NCBI RefSeq assembly: GCF_000023205.1
Contig: NC_012803.1
Location: forward strand, 1,170,001 to 1,202,000
Reading direction: 5' to 3'
DNA length: 32,000 bases
DNA from: Micrococcus luteus NCTC 2665
Lineage (GTDB): Bacteria; Actinomycetota; Actinomycetes; Actinomycetales; Micrococcaceae
This document shows, in pieces, positions 1 through 11,097 of this stretch. The position numbers were made by a program, and so were the translations under genes. Each line of letters begins with the position of its first letter. Position 1 is the first letter of the stretch. Under the pieces are notes generated by a model. The model was not told where the DNA came from. It was given only the letters and a program-made list of their open reading frames with translations, and did not search any database.

Positions 1-1
1 G

Positions 2-307
2 GCGGCCGCCGCGGTCGCCGACGCGACCGGGACCACCGCGCTCGCGCAGGACTACGCCGTGACGGCGTGGCCGTGGGTCGCGGCGGCCGGTGGCGTCCTT
101 GCGGCGCTGTGCGGCGTCGCGGCGGCACTGGCGGGCCGTGGCTGGCGTTCGTCCCGGCGCTACGAGAAGGCGCCTGCGGCCTCCGAGCCCGGCCCGGCCG
201 CCGCCGGGGAGCAGCCCGCGCAGTCCGCCCGCGAGGCGGCCCAGCGCCGGCGCGTGGACCAGATGGACGCGTGGGACGAGCTGTCCCGCGGCAACGACCC
301 CACGTGA
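2..307 (+). CDS. Trp-cluster-associated membrane protein (TIGR02234-like), C-terminal part; 5' end lies outside the window
   Basis: Frame 2 is open from nt 2 to TGA 305-307. Hydrophobic segment [23 protein letters not shown] is followed by a charged tail ending ...[14 protein letters not shown]. Both the position directly upstream of trpC and this type of tail are typical of the membrane protein found between trpE and trpC in actinobacteria. Confidence 0.55.
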   Translation, partial: AAAAVADATGTTALAQDYAVTAWPWVAAAGGVLAALCGVAAALAGRGWRSSRRYEKAPAASEPGPAAAGEQPAQSAREAAQRRRVDQMDAWDELSRGNDPT

Positions 308-387
308 GCGCCCGTCTCTCGGACCGCCCCGCACCGCCCGGGTCGTCCCGGGTCACGCGGGCCCGGTCCCGTGCCCGCATGGCACAA

Positions 388-430
388 TGAGGGACAGTCG
401 TCATGTACACCACGCACCAGTGAGGGACAG
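388..430 (+). repeat. 10-bp direct repeat TGAGGGACAG (388-397 and 421-430), each copy carrying a GAGGGA Shine-Dalgarno-like core followed by an ATG
   Basis: Read directly: caaTGAGGGACAGtcgtcATG... and cagTGAGGGACAGccATG. The repeat period is 33 nt. Confidence 0.9.
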
Positions 431-432
431 CC

Positions 433-756
433 ATGAGCCACACCGCGAACACCGCGCACACCGAGCCCACCACCCGTCGCGCCGCCCGCCGCGGCGCCGT
501 CGAGGACGTCGTCGTCACCGAGGACGGCCTGGTGCTCAACGACCCGACCCACCTCGAGCTGCCGGGCCACGGCAACTCGCCCGGCGCGTGGGCCATGGTG
601 GCGCTCGTGCTCGTCGGCTTCGTGGCCGGCTGCGTCGGCCTGCTCGCCGACTGGAGCGTCGTCGTGTGGATCGGGCTCGCCCTGATGGCCGTGGGCGTCG
701 TCGTGGGCATCGTCGCCGGCAAGGCCGGCGCGGGTCGCGGCCAGCACGGTCACTGA
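433..756 (+). CDS. HGxxPAAW-family small membrane protein (trp-cluster associated, function unknown)
   Basis: 107-aa ORF. Motif HGNSPGAW is followed by two hydrophobic helices ([19 protein letters not shown]; [21 protein letters not shown]). GAGGGA lies 5 nt upstream of the ATG. The gene sits immediately before trpC. Confidence 0.7.
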   Translation: MSHTANTAHTEPTTRRAARRGAVEDVVVTEDGLVLNDPTHLELPGHGNSPGAWAMVALVLVGFVAGCVGLLADWSVVVWIGLALMAVGVVVGIVAGKAGAGRGQHGH

Positions 757-761
757 TCCGC

Positions 762-1568
762 GTGTCCGTCCTCCAGGAGATCATCGACGGCGTCCGCGAG
801 GACCTCGAGCCACGTCGCCGTGACCTGCCCGAGGCGCGCCTGGCCGAGCTGGTGGCCGCCGCCCCCGCGCCGCGTGACGCCCACGCGGCCCTGCACGGCG
901 GACGCACCGACCCCGCGGGGATCCGGGTGATCTCCGAGGTGAAGCGGGCGAGCCCCTCCAAGGGCGCGCTCGCCGAGATCCCCGAGCCGGCCACCCTGGC
1001 CCGCGCGTACGAGCGCGGCGGCGCCAGCGCCGTCTCCGTGCTCACCGAGGCCCGCCGCTTCGGCGGCAGCCTGGCCGACCTGGACGCCGTGCGCGCCGCC
1101 GTCGATCTGCCGGTCCTGCGCAAGGACTTCACCGTCACCGAGTACCAGATCCACGAGGCCCGCGCCCACGGGGCCGACCTGGTCCTGCTGATCGTGGCCG
1201 CCCTCGACGACGCCGAGCTGGCCGGCTTCCTGCAGCTCACCGAGTCCCTGGGCATGCACGCCCTCGTGGAGGCCCACACGCCCGAGGAGATCGAGCGCGG
1301 CGTCGCCGCCGGCGCCCGCATCCTCGGCGTCAACGTGCGCAACCTCAAGACCCTGGACGTCGACCCGGCCCGCTACGCCGCGCTGGCCGACGGGCTGCCC
1401 GAGGACGTCGTCCGGGTCGCCGAGTCGGGCGTCGAGTCCGAGGCGCAGATCAAGGCCTACGCCGCCGCAGGCGCCGACGTCGTGCTCGTGGGCGAGGCCC
1501 TCGTGCGCCACGGCGCCCCCGAGGAGGCGCTGCGCGCGTTCCGCGCCGCGTCCCTCACCGTCCGCTGA
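762..1568 (+). CDS. trpC: Indole-3-glycerol phosphate synthase
   Basis: GTG 762 gives (M)[18 protein letters not shown]..., a typical TrpC N-terminus. Also [32 protein letters not shown] and ESGV motifs. The upstream part of ORF 90..1568 overlaps other genes and is Arg/Pro-rich junk. Confidence 0.9.
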   Translation: MSVLQEIIDGVREDLEPRRRDLPEARLAELVAAAPAPRDAHAALHGGRTDPAGIRVISEVKRASPSKGALAEIPEPATLARAYERGGASAVSVLTEARRFGGSLADLDAVRAAVDLPVLRKDFTVTEYQIHEARAHGADLVLLIVAALDDAELAGFLQLTESLGMHALVEAHTPEEIERGVAAGARILGVNVRNLKTLDVDPARYAALADGLPEDVVRVAESGVESEAQIKAYAAAGADVVLVGEALVRHGAPEEALRAFRAASLTVR

Positions 1569-1597
1569 CCGAACCAGACCCGAGGAGCGTGGTCGCC

Positions 1598-2923
1598 ATG
1601 AGCGCCGACCGTCCGAGCACCGAGCCCGCGATCGAGTTCGAGGGGCCCTATCAGGGTCAGGCCGGGCCCTACTTCGGCGACTACGGCGGGCAGTGGATGC
1701 CCGAGTCCCTCATGGCCGCGCTGCAGGAGCTCACCCGCACCTACGAGGAGGCGCGGCAGGACCCCGCCTTCGAAGCCGAGCTGCGGACCCTGTTCCGGGA
1801 CTACGTGAACCGGCCCTCCCTGCTGACCGAGGTGCCGCGGTTCGCCGCGGATACCCCCGGGGTGCGCATCTTCCTCAAGCGCGAGGACCTCAACCACACC
1901 GGCTCGCACAAGATCAACAACGTGATCGGCCAGGCGCTGCTCGCCCGCCGCATGGGCAAGACGCGCCTGATCGCGGAGACCGGCGCCGGCCAGCACGGCG
2001 TGGCCACGGCGACGGCGGCCGCGCTGTTCGGCATGGAGTGCACCGTGTACATGGGGGAGGAGGACACCCGCCGCCAGGCCCTGAACGTGGCCCGCATGCA
2101 GATGCTCGGCGCCGAGGTGGTGCCCGTGGCGATCGGCGCCCGCACCCTCAAGGACGCGATCAACGAGGCCCTGCGGGACTGGGTCGCCTCCGTGGACACC
2201 ACGCATTACCTGATGGGCACGGTCACGGGCCCGCACCCGTTCCCCGCCATGGTGCGCTACTTCCACTCCGTGATCGGCGAGGAGGCCCGCGAGCAGATCC
2301 TGGCGCAGGCCGGCCGCCTGCCGGACGCCGTCGCGGCGTGCGTGGGCGGCGGGTCCAACGCGATGGGCCTGTTCCACGGCTTCCTCGACGACCCTGAGGT
2401 GGAGCTCTACGGCTTCGAGGCCGGGGGCGAGGGCCTCGAGACCGGTCGCCACGCCGCGTCCATCACGCTCGGACGCACCGGCGTGCTGCACGGCGCCCGC
2501 ACGTACCTGATGCAGGACGAGGACGGGCAGACGATCGACTCCCACTCGATCTCCGCCGGCCTGGACTACCCGGCCGTCGGCCCGGAGCACGCCTTCCTGC
2601 ACGACACGGGCCGCGCCGTCTACGAGCCGGTCTCGGACACCGAGTGCATGGACGCCTTCCTCCGGCTCACGCGCACCGAGGGCATCACGCCCGCCATCGA
2701 GTCGGCCCACGCCCTGGCCGGCGCGCTGCGCCTGGCCCGCCGCTGGGCGGACGAGGGCCTCGTGGGGCCGGACGCCCCGGAGGGGGAGGAGCGGATCATC
2801 ATCGTGAACCTCTCCGGCCGCGGGGACAAGGACGTCGCCACGGCGGCGGCCTGGTTCGGCCTCGGCACGGCCGCGGAGGAGAAGGACCCGCTCGAGGAGA
2901 TGACCCCCGGAGAGGAGCAGTGA
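1598..2923 (+). CDS. trpB: Tryptophan synthase beta chain
   Basis: [16 protein letters not shown] (PLP-Lys motif), [26 protein letters not shown] at 1582-1587 favours ATG 1598 over GTG 1589. The C-terminal tail is acidic and low-complexity. Confidence 0.93.
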   Translation: MSADRPSTEPAIEFEGPYQGQAGPYFGDYGGQWMPESLMAALQELTRTYEEARQDPAFEAELRTLFRDYVNRPSLLTEVPRFAADTPGVRIFLKREDLNHTGSHKINNVIGQALLARRMGKTRLIAETGAGQHGVATATAAALFGMECTVYMGEEDTRRQALNVARMQMLGAEVVPVAIGARTLKDAINEALRDWVASVDTTHYLMGTVTGPHPFPAMVRYFHSVIGEEAREQILAQAGRLPDAVAACVGGGSNAMGLFHGFLDDPEVELYGFEAGGEGLETGRHAASITLGRTGVLHGARTYLMQDEDGQTIDSHSISAGLDYPAVGPEHAFLHDTGRAVYEPVSDTECMDAFLRLTRTEGITPAIESAHALAGALRLARRWADEGLVGPDAPEGEERIIIVNLSGRGDKDVATAAAWFGLGTAAEEKDPLEEMTPGEEQ

Positions 2924-2928
2924 CCGGC

Positions 2929-3726
2929 ATGACCGTGCACTCCAAGACCGCCGCGGCCCTGGACGCCGCGAAGGCGGCCGGCCGCACCGGCCTCGTCGCC
3001 TTCCTGCCGGCCGGCTACCCGTCCGTGGACGAGTGCGTCGAGGCCGTCGTCGCCGCCGCGGAGAACGGCGCCGACGTCATCGAGCTGGGCCTGCCCTACA
3101 CGGACCCCGTGATGGACGGCCCCGTGATCCAGGCCGCGACCCAGACGGCGCTGCAGGCGGGTTTCCGCGTGGCCGACGTCTTCGACATCATCCGACGGGT
3201 GACCCAGCGCACCGACGCCGCGGTGCTGGTGATGACCTACTGGAACCTCGTGGACCGCATGGGCGTCGACGAGTTCGCGCGCCGCCTCGCGGAGGCCGGG
3301 GGCGCCGGTCTCGTCACCCCTGACCTCGTGCCCGAGGAGGCCGGCGCCTGGATGGAGGCCTCGGACCGTCACGGCCTGGACCGCGTGTTCCTCACCGCGC
3401 CCTCGTCCACGGACGAGCGGGTGCGCCTCACCGTCGACTCCTCCCGCGGCTTCGTGTACGCCGTGTCGGTCATGGGCGTCACCGGCACCCGCGACACGGT
3501 GTCCACCGTCGCCGAGACCGTGGTCCGCCGGGCTCAGGATGCCGGGGCGGAGCACGTGTGCGTCGGCCTCGGCGTCTCCCAGGCGGCGCACGTCCGCGAG
3601 ATCGGCGCCTACGCCGACGGCGCGATCGTCGGCACGGCCCTGGTGCGCGCGCTGACGGACGGCGGGCCGCAGGCCGTGGGGACGCTGACCCGCGAGCTCG
3701 CCGCCGGCACGGTCCGAGAGGGCTGA
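2929..3726 (+). CDS. trpA: Tryptophan synthase alpha chain
   Basis: [34 protein letters not shown], and the [10 protein letters not shown] / GLGVS motifs. ATG 2929 follows GAGGAG 2912-2917. The alternative GTG 2920 overlaps the trpB stop. Confidence 0.9.
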   Translation: MTVHSKTAAALDAAKAAGRTGLVAFLPAGYPSVDECVEAVVAAAENGADVIELGLPYTDPVMDGPVIQAATQTALQAGFRVADVFDIIRRVTQRTDAAVLVMTYWNLVDRMGVDEFARRLAEAGGAGLVTPDLVPEEAGAWMEASDRHGLDRVFLTAPSSTDERVRLTVDSSRGFVYAVSVMGVTGTRDTVSTVAETVVRRAQDAGAEHVCVGLGVSQAAHVREIGAYADGAIVGTALVRALTDGGPQAVGTLTRELAAGTVREG

Positions 3727-3728
3727 GG

Positions 3729-4712
3729 GTGACCGCCGCCCTGGCCCCGCTCGCCGCCTTCCCCGCCCCCGGGTGGGACGGGTTCCAGCTGGGCCCGGTG
3801 AAGATCCACGCGTACGCGCTGTGCATCATCCTGGGCATCGTCCTGGCGCTGTGGCTCGCCGAGCGTCGGTGGCGCGCCCGCGGCGGCCCCGAGGACCGTG
3901 TGCTCGACATCGCCCTGTGGGCCATCCCGTTCGGCTTCGTGGGCGGTCGGCTCTACCACGTGTTCTCCTCACCGGACCGGTACTTCGGGCCCGGCTTCGA
4001 CGGCACGGGCGACCCGATCCAGATCCTGTACGTGTGGAACGGTGGACTGGGCATCTGGGGCGCGATCGCCCTCGGCGCCGTGGGCGCGTGGATCGCGTGC
4101 CGCCGCTACGGGCTGCGGCTGACGGCCTTCGGCGACGTCGTCGCGCCGGGCATCCTGCTGGCCCAGGCCATCGGCCGGTGGGGCAACTGGTTCAACCAGG
4201 AGCTCTTCGGCGGCCCGACGACCCTGCCCTGGGGGCTCGAGGTCGACCCGGCCAGCCCGAACTTCCCGGCCGGCTACGCCCCGGACACGCTGTTCCACCC
4301 CACGTTCCTCTACGAGTGCCTGTGGAACCTGGCCGGGGTCGCGCTGCTGCTCCTCGTGGACCGCGCGCTGCACCTGCGCCACGGCCTCATGCTGTGGTCC
4401 TACGTCGCCTGGTACACCGCGGGCCGCACGTGGATCGAGATGCTGCGCATCGACGACGCCGAGATGGTCACGCTCTTCGGCGTCACCCAGCGGCTCAACG
4501 TGTGGACGTCCCTGCTGGTGTTCGTCATCGCCCTCGCGTTCATCGTCGGGATCCTGCTGCGCCATCGCGGCGCGGCCGCCGGCCCCCACGCCCACCAGAG
4601 CGTGTGGCGCGCCGGGCACGCCCCCGAGGGCGACGACGGCGCCGCCGTCGCCGCGGGCCGCTCCGGGTCCCACGCCGTGGGCGCGGCGGAGGACGACGCC
4701 GTCCGGCGCTGA
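3729..4712 (+). CDS. lgt: Prolipoprotein diacylglyceryl transferase
   Basis: GTG 3729 lies 2 nt after the trpA stop. Motifs: [44 protein letters not shown]. The C-terminal tail is hydrophilic and Ala/Gly-rich. Confidence 0.9.
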   Translation: MTAALAPLAAFPAPGWDGFQLGPVKIHAYALCIILGIVLALWLAERRWRARGGPEDRVLDIALWAIPFGFVGGRLYHVFSSPDRYFGPGFDGTGDPIQILYVWNGGLGIWGAIALGAVGAWIACRRYGLRLTAFGDVVAPGILLAQAIGRWGNWFNQELFGGPTTLPWGLEVDPASPNFPAGYAPDTLFHPTFLYECLWNLAGVALLLLVDRALHLRHGLMLWSYVAWYTAGRTWIEMLRIDDAEMVTLFGVTQRLNVWTSLLVFVIALAFIVGILLRHRGAAAGPHAHQSVWRAGHAPEGDDGAAVAAGRSGSHAVGAAEDDAVRR

Positions 4713-4915
4713 CCCGCTCCCCGGCGCGCCCGCGAGGGGCGCCCGGGGCCCCGGTGTCCCACATGGTGGACATTCGGCGTGTCACAGAACGTCCGGTTCC
4801 GCACAGTGGGACGTCGCGCCCGGTAGCGTCTCTTCCACCTCGGGGCCGTCGGCCCCGAGCGTCGGGGCCAGCGCCGTCCCCGTCCGAGCCCCTGCTCTCC
4901 GGAAAGGACGGCACC

Positions 4916-7900
4916 ATGCCCGTGGCATCCTCGCCCGCCTCGGCCCCCCGCGCGGGGGGACCGGTGGATCCCTTCGTCCGCTATGCGGACGTCCCCGCCG
5001 CCCAGGGCCTCTACGACCCGTCCCGGGAGACCGAGAACTGCGGCCTCGCCGTCATCGCCACCCTGCGGGGCACCCCGGGCCACGACATCGTCCAGCACGC
5101 GCTGACCGCCCTGCGCGCGCTCGAGCACCGCGGGGCGGTGGGCGCCGACGAGGGCACCGGCGACGGCGCCGGCCTGCTGACCCAGATCCCCGACGAGCTG
5201 TTCCGTGCCGTCGTCGACGCCGAGCTGCCCCCCGTGGGCGAGTACGTCGCCGGCACCGCCTTCCTGCCGCCCGTCGACGGCGAGCGCGCCGAGGCGAAGG
5301 AGGCCGTCGAGCGGCTGGCCGAGGAGGAGGGGCTGCAGGTCCTGGCGTGGCGCGAGGTGCCCACCGACCCCTCGGCCCTGGGCGTCGGCTCCCGGGCGGC
5401 CATGCCCGCGTTCGAGCAGCTGTTCCTGTCCCTGGCGGACGGTCAGGACGGCACCGAGCCGGGGCAGTCGCTGGACGTGCGGGCGTGGCGGGTGCGCCGC
5501 CGCGCCCAGTCCCGCGCCGGCGTCTATTTCCCCTCGCTCTCGTCCCAGACGATCGTCTACAAGGGCATGCTGACGACGGCCCAGCTGGAGCCGTTCTACC
5601 CGGACCTCTCCGACGAGCGGTTCACCACCCGGCTGGGCGTGGTCCACTCGCGGTTCTCCACCAACACGTTCCCCTCGTGGCCGCTGGCCCAGCCGTTCCG
5701 CACCATCGCGCACAACGGCGAGATCAACACGGTCAAGGGCAACCGCAACTGGATGCGCGCCCGTCAGGGCCAGCTCAAGCACCCGATGCTCGGCGAGGTC
5801 CCCGAGGACCTGTTCCCGCTGATCAGCCCCATCGGCTCGGACTCGGCCTCCTTCGACGAGGTCGCGGAGCTGCTCATGCTCTCCGGGCGCCCGCTCACCC
5901 AGGCGATCATGATGATTATCCCGGAGGCGTGGGAGAACCACGCGACCATGGACCCGGCCCGCCGCGCCTTCTACCAGTACCACTCCATGCTCATGGAGCC
6001 CTGGGACGGACCGGCCGCCGTCGCCTTCTCCGACGGCACCCAGGTGGGCGCCGTGCTGGACCGCAACGGCCTGCGCCCCGCCCGCTGGTGGGTCACCGAC
6101 GACGGCCTCGTCGTCCTGGCCTCCGAGGTCGGCGTCGTGCCGATCGAGCCCTCGGCGGTGGTGCGCAAGGGGCGCGTGGCCCCGGGGCGCATGTTCCTCG
6201 TGGACACCGAGCAGGGCCGGATCATCGGCGACGACGAGATCAAGGCCGAGGTCGCCTCCGCCCAGCCGTGGGAGGACTGGGTGCGCCAGAACCTCCTGGA
6301 CCTGGAGTCGCTCCCCGAGCGCGAGCACGTCCGCCACACCTCCGAGTCGATCCTGCAGCGTCAGCGCATCTTCGGGTACACCTCGGAGGAGCTGCGCATC
6401 CTCGTCGGGCCGATGGCCCAGACGGGCGCCGAGCCGCTCGGTGCGATGGGCACGGACACGCCCATCGCCGTCCTCGCCAAGCGGCCCCGGCTGCTCTTCG
6501 ACTACTTCGTGCAGTCCTTCGCCCAGGTGACGAACCCGCCGCTCGACGCGATCCGCGAGGAGCAGGTGACCTCGATGCGCACCGCGATCGGCCCGCAGGG
6601 CAACGTGCTCTCCCTCGAGCAGGTGCGCACCCGCCAGGTCGACGTCCCGTTCCCCGTGATCGACAACGACCAGCTGGCCCGCATCCAGCACCTGCGCGAC
6701 GCCGACGGCACCCGCCTGACCCTCAAGGTGAACGGCGTGTACCGGGTGGCCGGAGGCGTCGAGGAGCTCCGCGCCCAGCTGAAGGCGATCTGCGAGCAGG
6801 TCTCGGCCGCCGTCAACCGCGGCGTGGAGTACGTGGTGCTGTCCGACCGCGGCGCCACCGCCCAGTGGGCGCCGATCCCGTCCCTGCTGCTGACCTCCGC
6901 CGTGCACCACCACCTGCTGGCCTCGGCCAACCGCACCAAGAGCTCGCTGATCGTCGAGGCGGGCGACGTGCGCGAGGTCCACCATGTGGCCGTCCTGCTC
7001 GGCTACGGGGCCTCCGCGGTCAACCCGTACCTGGCCATGGAGTCCGCCGAGGAGCTCGTGCGCACGGGGGAGGTCTCGGGCGTCACCGCCGAGCAGGCCG
7101 TGGCGAACCTGATCAAGGCGCTCGGCAAGGGCGTCCAGAAGATCATGTCCAAAATGGGCATCTCCACGGTCGCCTCCTACACCGGCGCCCAGACGTTCGA
7201 GGCGCTCGGCCTGTCCCGGCGCTTCGTGGACCGCTACTTCGTGGGCAACACGAGCCCGCTCGACGGCGTGGGCATCGACGTCGTCGCCGCCGAGATCCAG
7301 GCGCGCCACGAGTTCGCGTATCCGCCGGACGGCAACGACATCAACCCGTACCGCGAGCTCGAGGTGGGCGGCGAGTACCAGTGGCGGCGCGAGGGCGCGC
7401 CGCACCTGTTCAACCCCGAGACCGTGTTCCGCCTCCAGCACTCCACGCGGGAGCGGCGCTACGACGTCTTCAAGGACTACACGCGTCGCGTGGACGACCA
7501 GGCGGAGGAGCTCATGACCCTGCGCGGGCTCATGCGCCTGCGCACGGGCGAGCGGCCGCCGGTGCCCGTCTCCGAGGTGGAGCCCGTCGAGTCGATCGTG
7601 CGCCGCTTCTCCACCGGCGCGATGTCCTACGGCTCCATCTCGCAGGAGGCGCACGAGACCCTCGCGATCGCCATGAACCGCCTCGGCGCCCGCTCGAACT
7701 CGGGCGAGGGCGGCGAGGACCCCGAGCGCCTGCTGGACCCGGAGCGCCGCTCGAAGATCAAGCAGATCGCCTCGGGCCGGTTCGGCGTCACCAGCCTGTA
7801 CCTGGCCACCGCGACCGACCTGCAGATCAAGATGGCCCAGGGCGCCAAACCCGGCGAGGGCGGCCAGCTGATGGGGACCAAGGTGTACCCGTGGGTCGCC

Positions 7901-9568
7901 CGCACGCGGCACTCGACCCCGGGCGTCTCCCTGGTGTCGCCGCCGCCGCACCACGACATCTACTCGATCGAGGACCTGGCGCAGCTGATCCACGACCTCA
8001 AGCGGGCCAACCCGACCGCGCGGGTCCACGTCAAGCTCGTCTCCGAGTCCGGCGTGGGCACGGTGGCCGCGGGCGTCGCCAAGGCGCGCGCCGACGTCGT
8101 GCTCATCTCCGGCCACGACGGCGGAACGGGCGCCTCCCCGCTGAACTCCCTCAAGCACGCGGGCACCCCGTGGGAGATCGGCCTGGCCGAGGCGCAGCAG
8201 ACGCTCATGCTCAACGGCCTGCGCGAGCGCGTCACCGTCCAGGTGGACGGGCAGCTCAAGACCGGCCGGGACGTCGTGATCGCCGCACTGCTCGGGGCCG
8301 AGGAGTTCGGCTTCGCGACCGCCCCGCTCGTGGTCTCCGGCTGCATCATGATGCGCGTGTGCCACCTGGACACGTGCCCCGTGGGCGTGGCCACCCAGAA
8401 CCCCGAGCTGCGCGCGCGCTTCACGGGCAAGCCCGAGTTCGTCGTCAACTTCTTCGAGTTCATCGCGCAGGAGGTCCGCGAGCTGCTCTCGCAGCTGGGC
8501 TTCCGCACGCTCGACGAGGCGATCGGCCACCGCGAGCTGCTCGACGTGGACGCGGCCCTGCACCACTGGAAGTCCGAGGGCCTGGACCTCTCGGGCATCC
8601 TCGCGGACCCCTCCGTCGGCCGGCGTCCGGGCCACGAGGACGCGCCCATGCGCCGCACCACCGAGCAGGACCACGACCTCGCCTCCCACATCGACCACCG
8701 GTTCATCGCCCGGCTGGGGGACACGCTCACGACGGGCACGCCCGTCGTGATGGACGAGGCCGTCGTGAACACGGACCGGTCCGTGGGCACGCTGCTGGGC
8801 TACCACGTCACGAGCACGCGGCTCGCCGACGAGCTGGACGACGACACGATCACCGTGCGCCTGACGGGCGAGGCCGGCCAGTCCCTCGGCGCCTTCCTGC
8901 CCGCCGGCGTCACCCTGCGGCTCTCGGGCGACGCCAACGACTACGTCGGCAAGGGCCTGTCGGGGGGACGCGTGATCGTCCGCCCCGACGCCGAGGCCCC
9001 GTTCGTGGCCGAGGAGAACACCGTGGCCGGCAACGTGATCGGCTACGGCGCCACCTCGGGCCAGCTGTTCCTGCGCGGCCGCGTGGGGGAGCGGTTCCTC
9101 GTGCGCAACTCCGGCGCCACCGCGGTGGCCGAGGGCATCGGCGACCACGGCCTGGAGTACATGACCGGCGGTGAGGCGCTGATCCTCGGCGAGACCGGCC
9201 GCAACCTCGCCGCCGGCATGTCCGGCGGGCGGGCCTGGGTGCTGGACCTGGACCGGGAGGACCTGAACCCACTCGCCGTCCGCGAGGACGCCCTGATCCT
9301 CGAGGCGCCGTCCGCGCAGGACCGGCTGCGGATCGCCGAGCTGCTGGAGCTGCACCGCGCGGAGACGGGCTCCGCCGTCGCCGCCGCGCTGCTCGCCGAC
9401 CTGCGGGCCGGCGGGGACGCCGCCGACGCCGCGTGGGACCGCTTCACGACCGTCCTGCCCCGGCAGTACGACCTCGTGCTGCGCACCCGTCAGGCCGCGA
9501 CGGCCGAGGGACTCGACCCGGACGGGGAGGCCGTCTGGGACCGACTGCTGGAGGTGACCCGTGGCTGA
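4916..9568 (+). CDS. gltB: Glutamate synthase (GOGAT) large subunit
   Basis: ATG 4916 is preceded by GGAAAGGA. Cys42 (ENCGLAVIA) is the Ntn-amidotransferase nucleophile after a propeptide. Also [37 protein letters not shown], the CxxxxxC...C 3Fe-4S region ([15 protein letters not shown]) and the C-terminal GXGXG domain ([14 protein letters not shown]). The 5' 1.1 kb of ORF 3773..9568 is a read-through artefact overlapping lgt. Confidence 0.95.
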   Translation: MPVASSPASAPRAGGPVDPFVRYADVPAAQGLYDPSRETENCGLAVIATLRGTPGHDIVQHALTALRALEHRGAVGADEGTGDGAGLLTQIPDELFRAVVDAELPPVGEYVAGTAFLPPVDGERAEAKEAVERLAEEEGLQVLAWREVPTDPSALGVGSRAAMPAFEQLFLSLADGQDGTEPGQSLDVRAWRVRRRAQSRAGVYFPSLSSQTIVYKGMLTTAQLEPFYPDLSDERFTTRLGVVHSRFSTNTFPSWPLAQPFRTIAHNGEINTVKGNRNWMRARQGQLKHPMLGEVPEDLFPLISPIGSDSASFDEVAELLMLSGRPLTQAIMMIIPEAWENHATMDPARRAFYQYHSMLMEPWDGPAAVAFSDGTQVGAVLDRNGLRPARWWVTDDGLVVLASEVGVVPIEPSAVVRKGRVAPGRMFLVDTEQGRIIGDDEIKAEVASAQPWEDWVRQNLLDLESLPEREHVRHTSESILQRQRIFGYTSEELRILVGPMAQTGAEPLGAMGTDTPIAVLAKRPRLLFDYFVQSFAQVTNPPLDAIREEQVTSMRTAIGPQGNVLSLEQVRTRQVDVPFPVIDNDQLARIQHLRDADGTRLTLKVNGVYRVAGGVEELRAQLKAICEQVSAAVNRGVEYVVLSDRGATAQWAPIPSLLLTSAVHHHLLASANRTKSSLIVEAGDVREVHHVAVLLGYGASAVNPYLAMESAEELVRTGEVSGVTAEQAVANLIKALGKGVQKIMSKMGISTVASYTGAQTFEALGLSRRFVDRYFVGNTSPLDGVGIDVVAAEIQARHEFAYPPDGNDINPYRELEVGGEYQWRREGAPHLFNPETVFRLQHSTRERRYDVFKDYTRRVDDQAEELMTLRGLMRLRTGERPPVPVSEVEPVESIVRRFSTGAMSYGSISQEAHETLAIAMNRLGARSNSGEGGEDPERLLDPERRSKIKQIASGRFGVTSLYLATATDLQIKMAQGAKPGEGGQLMGTKVYPWVARTRHSTPGVSLVSPPPHHDIYSIEDLAQLIHDLKRANPTARVHVKLVSESGVGTVAAGVAKARADVVLISGHDGGTGASPLNSLKHAGTPWEIGLAEAQQTLMLNGLRERVTVQVDGQLKTGRDVVIAALLGAEEFGFATAPLVVSGCIMMRVCHLDTCPVGVATQNPELRARFTGKPEFVVNFFEFIAQEVRELLSQLGFRTLDEAIGHRELLDVDAALHHWKSEGLDLSGILADPSVGRRPGHEDAPMRRTTEQDHDLASHIDHRFIARLGDTLTTGTPVVMDEAVVNTDRSVGTLLGYHVTSTRLADELDDDTITVRLTGEAGQSLGAFLPAGVTLRLSGDANDYVGKGLSGGRVIVRPDAEAPFVAEENTVAGNVIGYGATSGQLFLRGRVGERFLVRNSGATAVAEGIGDHGLEYMTGGEALILGETGRNLAAGMSGGRAWVLDLDREDLNPLAVREDALILEAPSAQDRLRIAELLELHRAETGSAVAAALLADLRAGGDAADAAWDRFTTVLPRQYDLVLRTRQAATAEGLDPDGEAVWDRLLEVTRG

Positions 9569-11021
9569 TCCGCGCGGATTCCTGAAGAACCGGGAGCGCG
9601 TCGAGCGCCCCACGCGTCCGGTGCCGGTGCGCATCATGGACTTCAAGGACGTGTACGTCCGCCAGGACGAGGCGATCGTGCGCACCCAGGCCGGCCGGTG
9701 CATGGACTGCGGCATCCCGTTCTGCCACTCCGGGTGCCCGCTGGGCAACCTCATCCCGGAGTGGAACGACCTGGTCCGGCGGGGACGCTGGGACGAGGCC
9801 GCCGCGCGACTGCACTCGACCAACAACTTCCCCGAGGTCACCGGGCGGATCTGCCCCGCCCCGTGCGAGGACTCCTGCACCCTGGGCATCAACCAGCCCG
9901 CGGTCACCATCAAGCAGACCGAGGTGGCGATCGCGGAGCAGATCTTCGACAACGACTGGCTCGAGCCGGTCGTGCCGGCCCGCCTGAACGGCCACACCGT
10001 GGCCGTCGTCGGCTCGGGCCCGGCGGGACTGGCCGCGGCGCAGCAGCTCACCCGCGCCGGCTTCACCGTGGTGGTCTACGAGCGCGACGAGCGCCTCGGC
10101 GGCCTGCTGCGGCTGGGCATCCCGGACTTCAAGCTGGAGAAGGACGTCCTGGACCGGCGCCTGGCGCAGATGGAGGCCGAGGGCACCCGGTTCCGCACCG
10201 GCGTGGAGATCGGCGTCGACCTGCCCTGGGACCAGCTCAAGGCCCGCTTCGACGCCGTGATCGTGGCGACCGGCGCCCCCGTGGCCCGCGAGCTGCCCGT
10301 CCCCGGCCGCGGCCTCGACGGGATCCACCTCGCCATGGACTACCTCGTGCAGTCCAACCGCGCGGTCGCCGGCGACGAGGTCCCGGACCAGATCTCCGCC
10401 GAGGGGCGCCACGTGGTGATCCTCGGCGGCGGCGACACTGGCGCGGACTGCATCGGCACCGCGCACCGCCAGGGGGCGGCGTCCGTGACGACGCTGGCGA
10501 TCGGCCAGCAGCTGCCGGTCGAGCGCCCCGTCCACCAGCCGTGGCCCACGATCCCCAAGGTCCACCAGCAGACCACGGCCGACGCCGAGGGCGGCGCCCG
10601 CGCGCACCTTGCCTCCACGGTCGAGTTCCTCGGCGACGAGCACGGCCGCGTGCGCGCCCTGCGCGTGGCGGAGACCGAGTACCGCGAGGACGGCACGCGC
10701 GGGCCCAAGGCGGGCACCGAGCGCGAGGTCCAGGCGGACCTGGTGCTGCTGGCGCTGGGCTTCACCGGCATCGAGGAGGGGCTGCTCACGCAGCAGCTCG
10801 GCGTGCACGTGACACGCGGGCTCGTGGCCCGGAAGGACGGGTACGAGACCGACGAGCCGGGCGTGTTCGCGTGCGGCGACGCCGGGCGCGGCGCCTCCCT
10901 GGTGGTCTGGGCCATTGCCGAGGGGCGTGCGTGCGCGCAGGAGGTCGACGAGTCGCTCGAGCGCTGGTCCCGACTGCCGCACCCCGTGGACCCGGACGAC
11001 CGCGGCCTCGTCCTCGGCTGA
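9561..11021 (+). CDS. gltD: Glutamate synthase small subunit (NAD(P)H-dependent)
   Basis: (M)ADPRGFLK... N-terminus. Cys clusters [17 protein letters not shown] and CPAPCEDSC. Dinucleotide fold [14 protein letters not shown]. The GTG start overlaps the gltB stop by 8 nt, with GGAGGTG upstream. Confidence 0.95.
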   Translation: MADPRGFLKNRERVERPTRPVPVRIMDFKDVYVRQDEAIVRTQAGRCMDCGIPFCHSGCPLGNLIPEWNDLVRRGRWDEAAARLHSTNNFPEVTGRICPAPCEDSCTLGINQPAVTIKQTEVAIAEQIFDNDWLEPVVPARLNGHTVAVVGSGPAGLAAAQQLTRAGFTVVVYERDERLGGLLRLGIPDFKLEKDVLDRRLAQMEAEGTRFRTGVEIGVDLPWDQLKARFDAVIVATGAPVARELPVPGRGLDGIHLAMDYLVQSNRAVAGDEVPDQISAEGRHVVILGGGDTGADCIGTAHRQGAASVTTLAIGQQLPVERPVHQPWPTIPKVHQQTTADAEGGARAHLASTVEFLGDEHGRVRALRVAETEYREDGTRGPKAGTEREVQADLVLLALGFTGIEEGLLTQQLGVHVTRGLVARKDGYETDEPGVFACGDAGRGASLVVWAIAEGRACAQEVDESLERWSRLPHPVDPDDRGLVLG

Positions 11022-11048
11022 GTCCTCCGTCTCATCTTCCGACGCCAC

Positions 11049-11080
11049 GCGGGCCCGCCCTCCACCGAGGGCGGGCCCGC
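11049..11080 (+). terminator. Perfect 14-bp GC-rich hairpin (GCGGGCCCGCCCTC-cacc-GAGGGCGGGCCCGC) after gltD
   Basis: Arms verified as exact reverse complements, with a 4-nt loop. There is no U-tract, as is common in high-GC actinobacteria. It lies 28 nt after the gltD stop. Confidence 0.5.
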
Positions 11081-11084
11081 CCCC

Positions 11085-11090
11085 TATCGT
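11085..11090 (+). promoter_or_regulatory. Candidate -10 hexamer TATCGT, 7 nt upstream of the pyk ATG (possible leaderless transcript)
   Basis: Matches TANNNT. There is no Shine-Dalgarno between it and ATG 11098. Confidence 0.3.
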
Positions 11091-11097
11091 GGGTCGC

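Noticed and set aside
403-423. The mini-ORF MYTTHQ as a classical trp attenuation leader peptide.
   Set aside because: It has no Trp codons, I found no alternative terminator/antiterminator pairing, and it lies inside the cluster rather than upstream of trpE.
4781-4812. A GlnR box (gTnAc-N6-GaAAc) upstream of gltB, around GTCACAGAACGTCCGGTTCC.
   Set aside because: Only the first half-site (GTCAC) fits. No GaAAC-like half-site occurs at the required 6-nt spacing on either strand.
3773-4915. The upstream 1.1 kb of ORF 3773..9568 (a 1931-aa version of GltB).
   Set aside because: The region overlaps lgt in another frame and translates to Arg/Pro junk. The conserved GltB sequence begins after ATG 4916, which has a Shine-Dalgarno and places the catalytic Cys after a normal-length propeptide.
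5347-9174. Long same-strand alternative-frame ORFs: 5347..9174, 13519..16293, 26134..29199, 9698..11203, 24905..26056, 21969..23060.
   Set aside because: These are Arg/Pro/Gly-rich translations characteristic of out-of-frame reading of high-GC genes. They are fully nested in or overlapping confidently identified genes.
4400-10066. 1888-aa ORF antisense to gltB/gltD. Similar giant antisense ORFs: 12434..15976 (-), 20185..23070 (-), 27380..30415 (-), 24180..26072 (-), 9444..11201 (-), 1457..2710 (-).
   Set aside because: Each lies exactly opposite a gene with unmistakable conserved motifs (gltB, mrpA, polA, BCCT, rpsA, gltD, trpB). Their translations are Arg/Gly/Asp/His-rich low-complexity strings with no recognisable motifs. 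Stop-codon-poor antisense frames are expected at this GC content.
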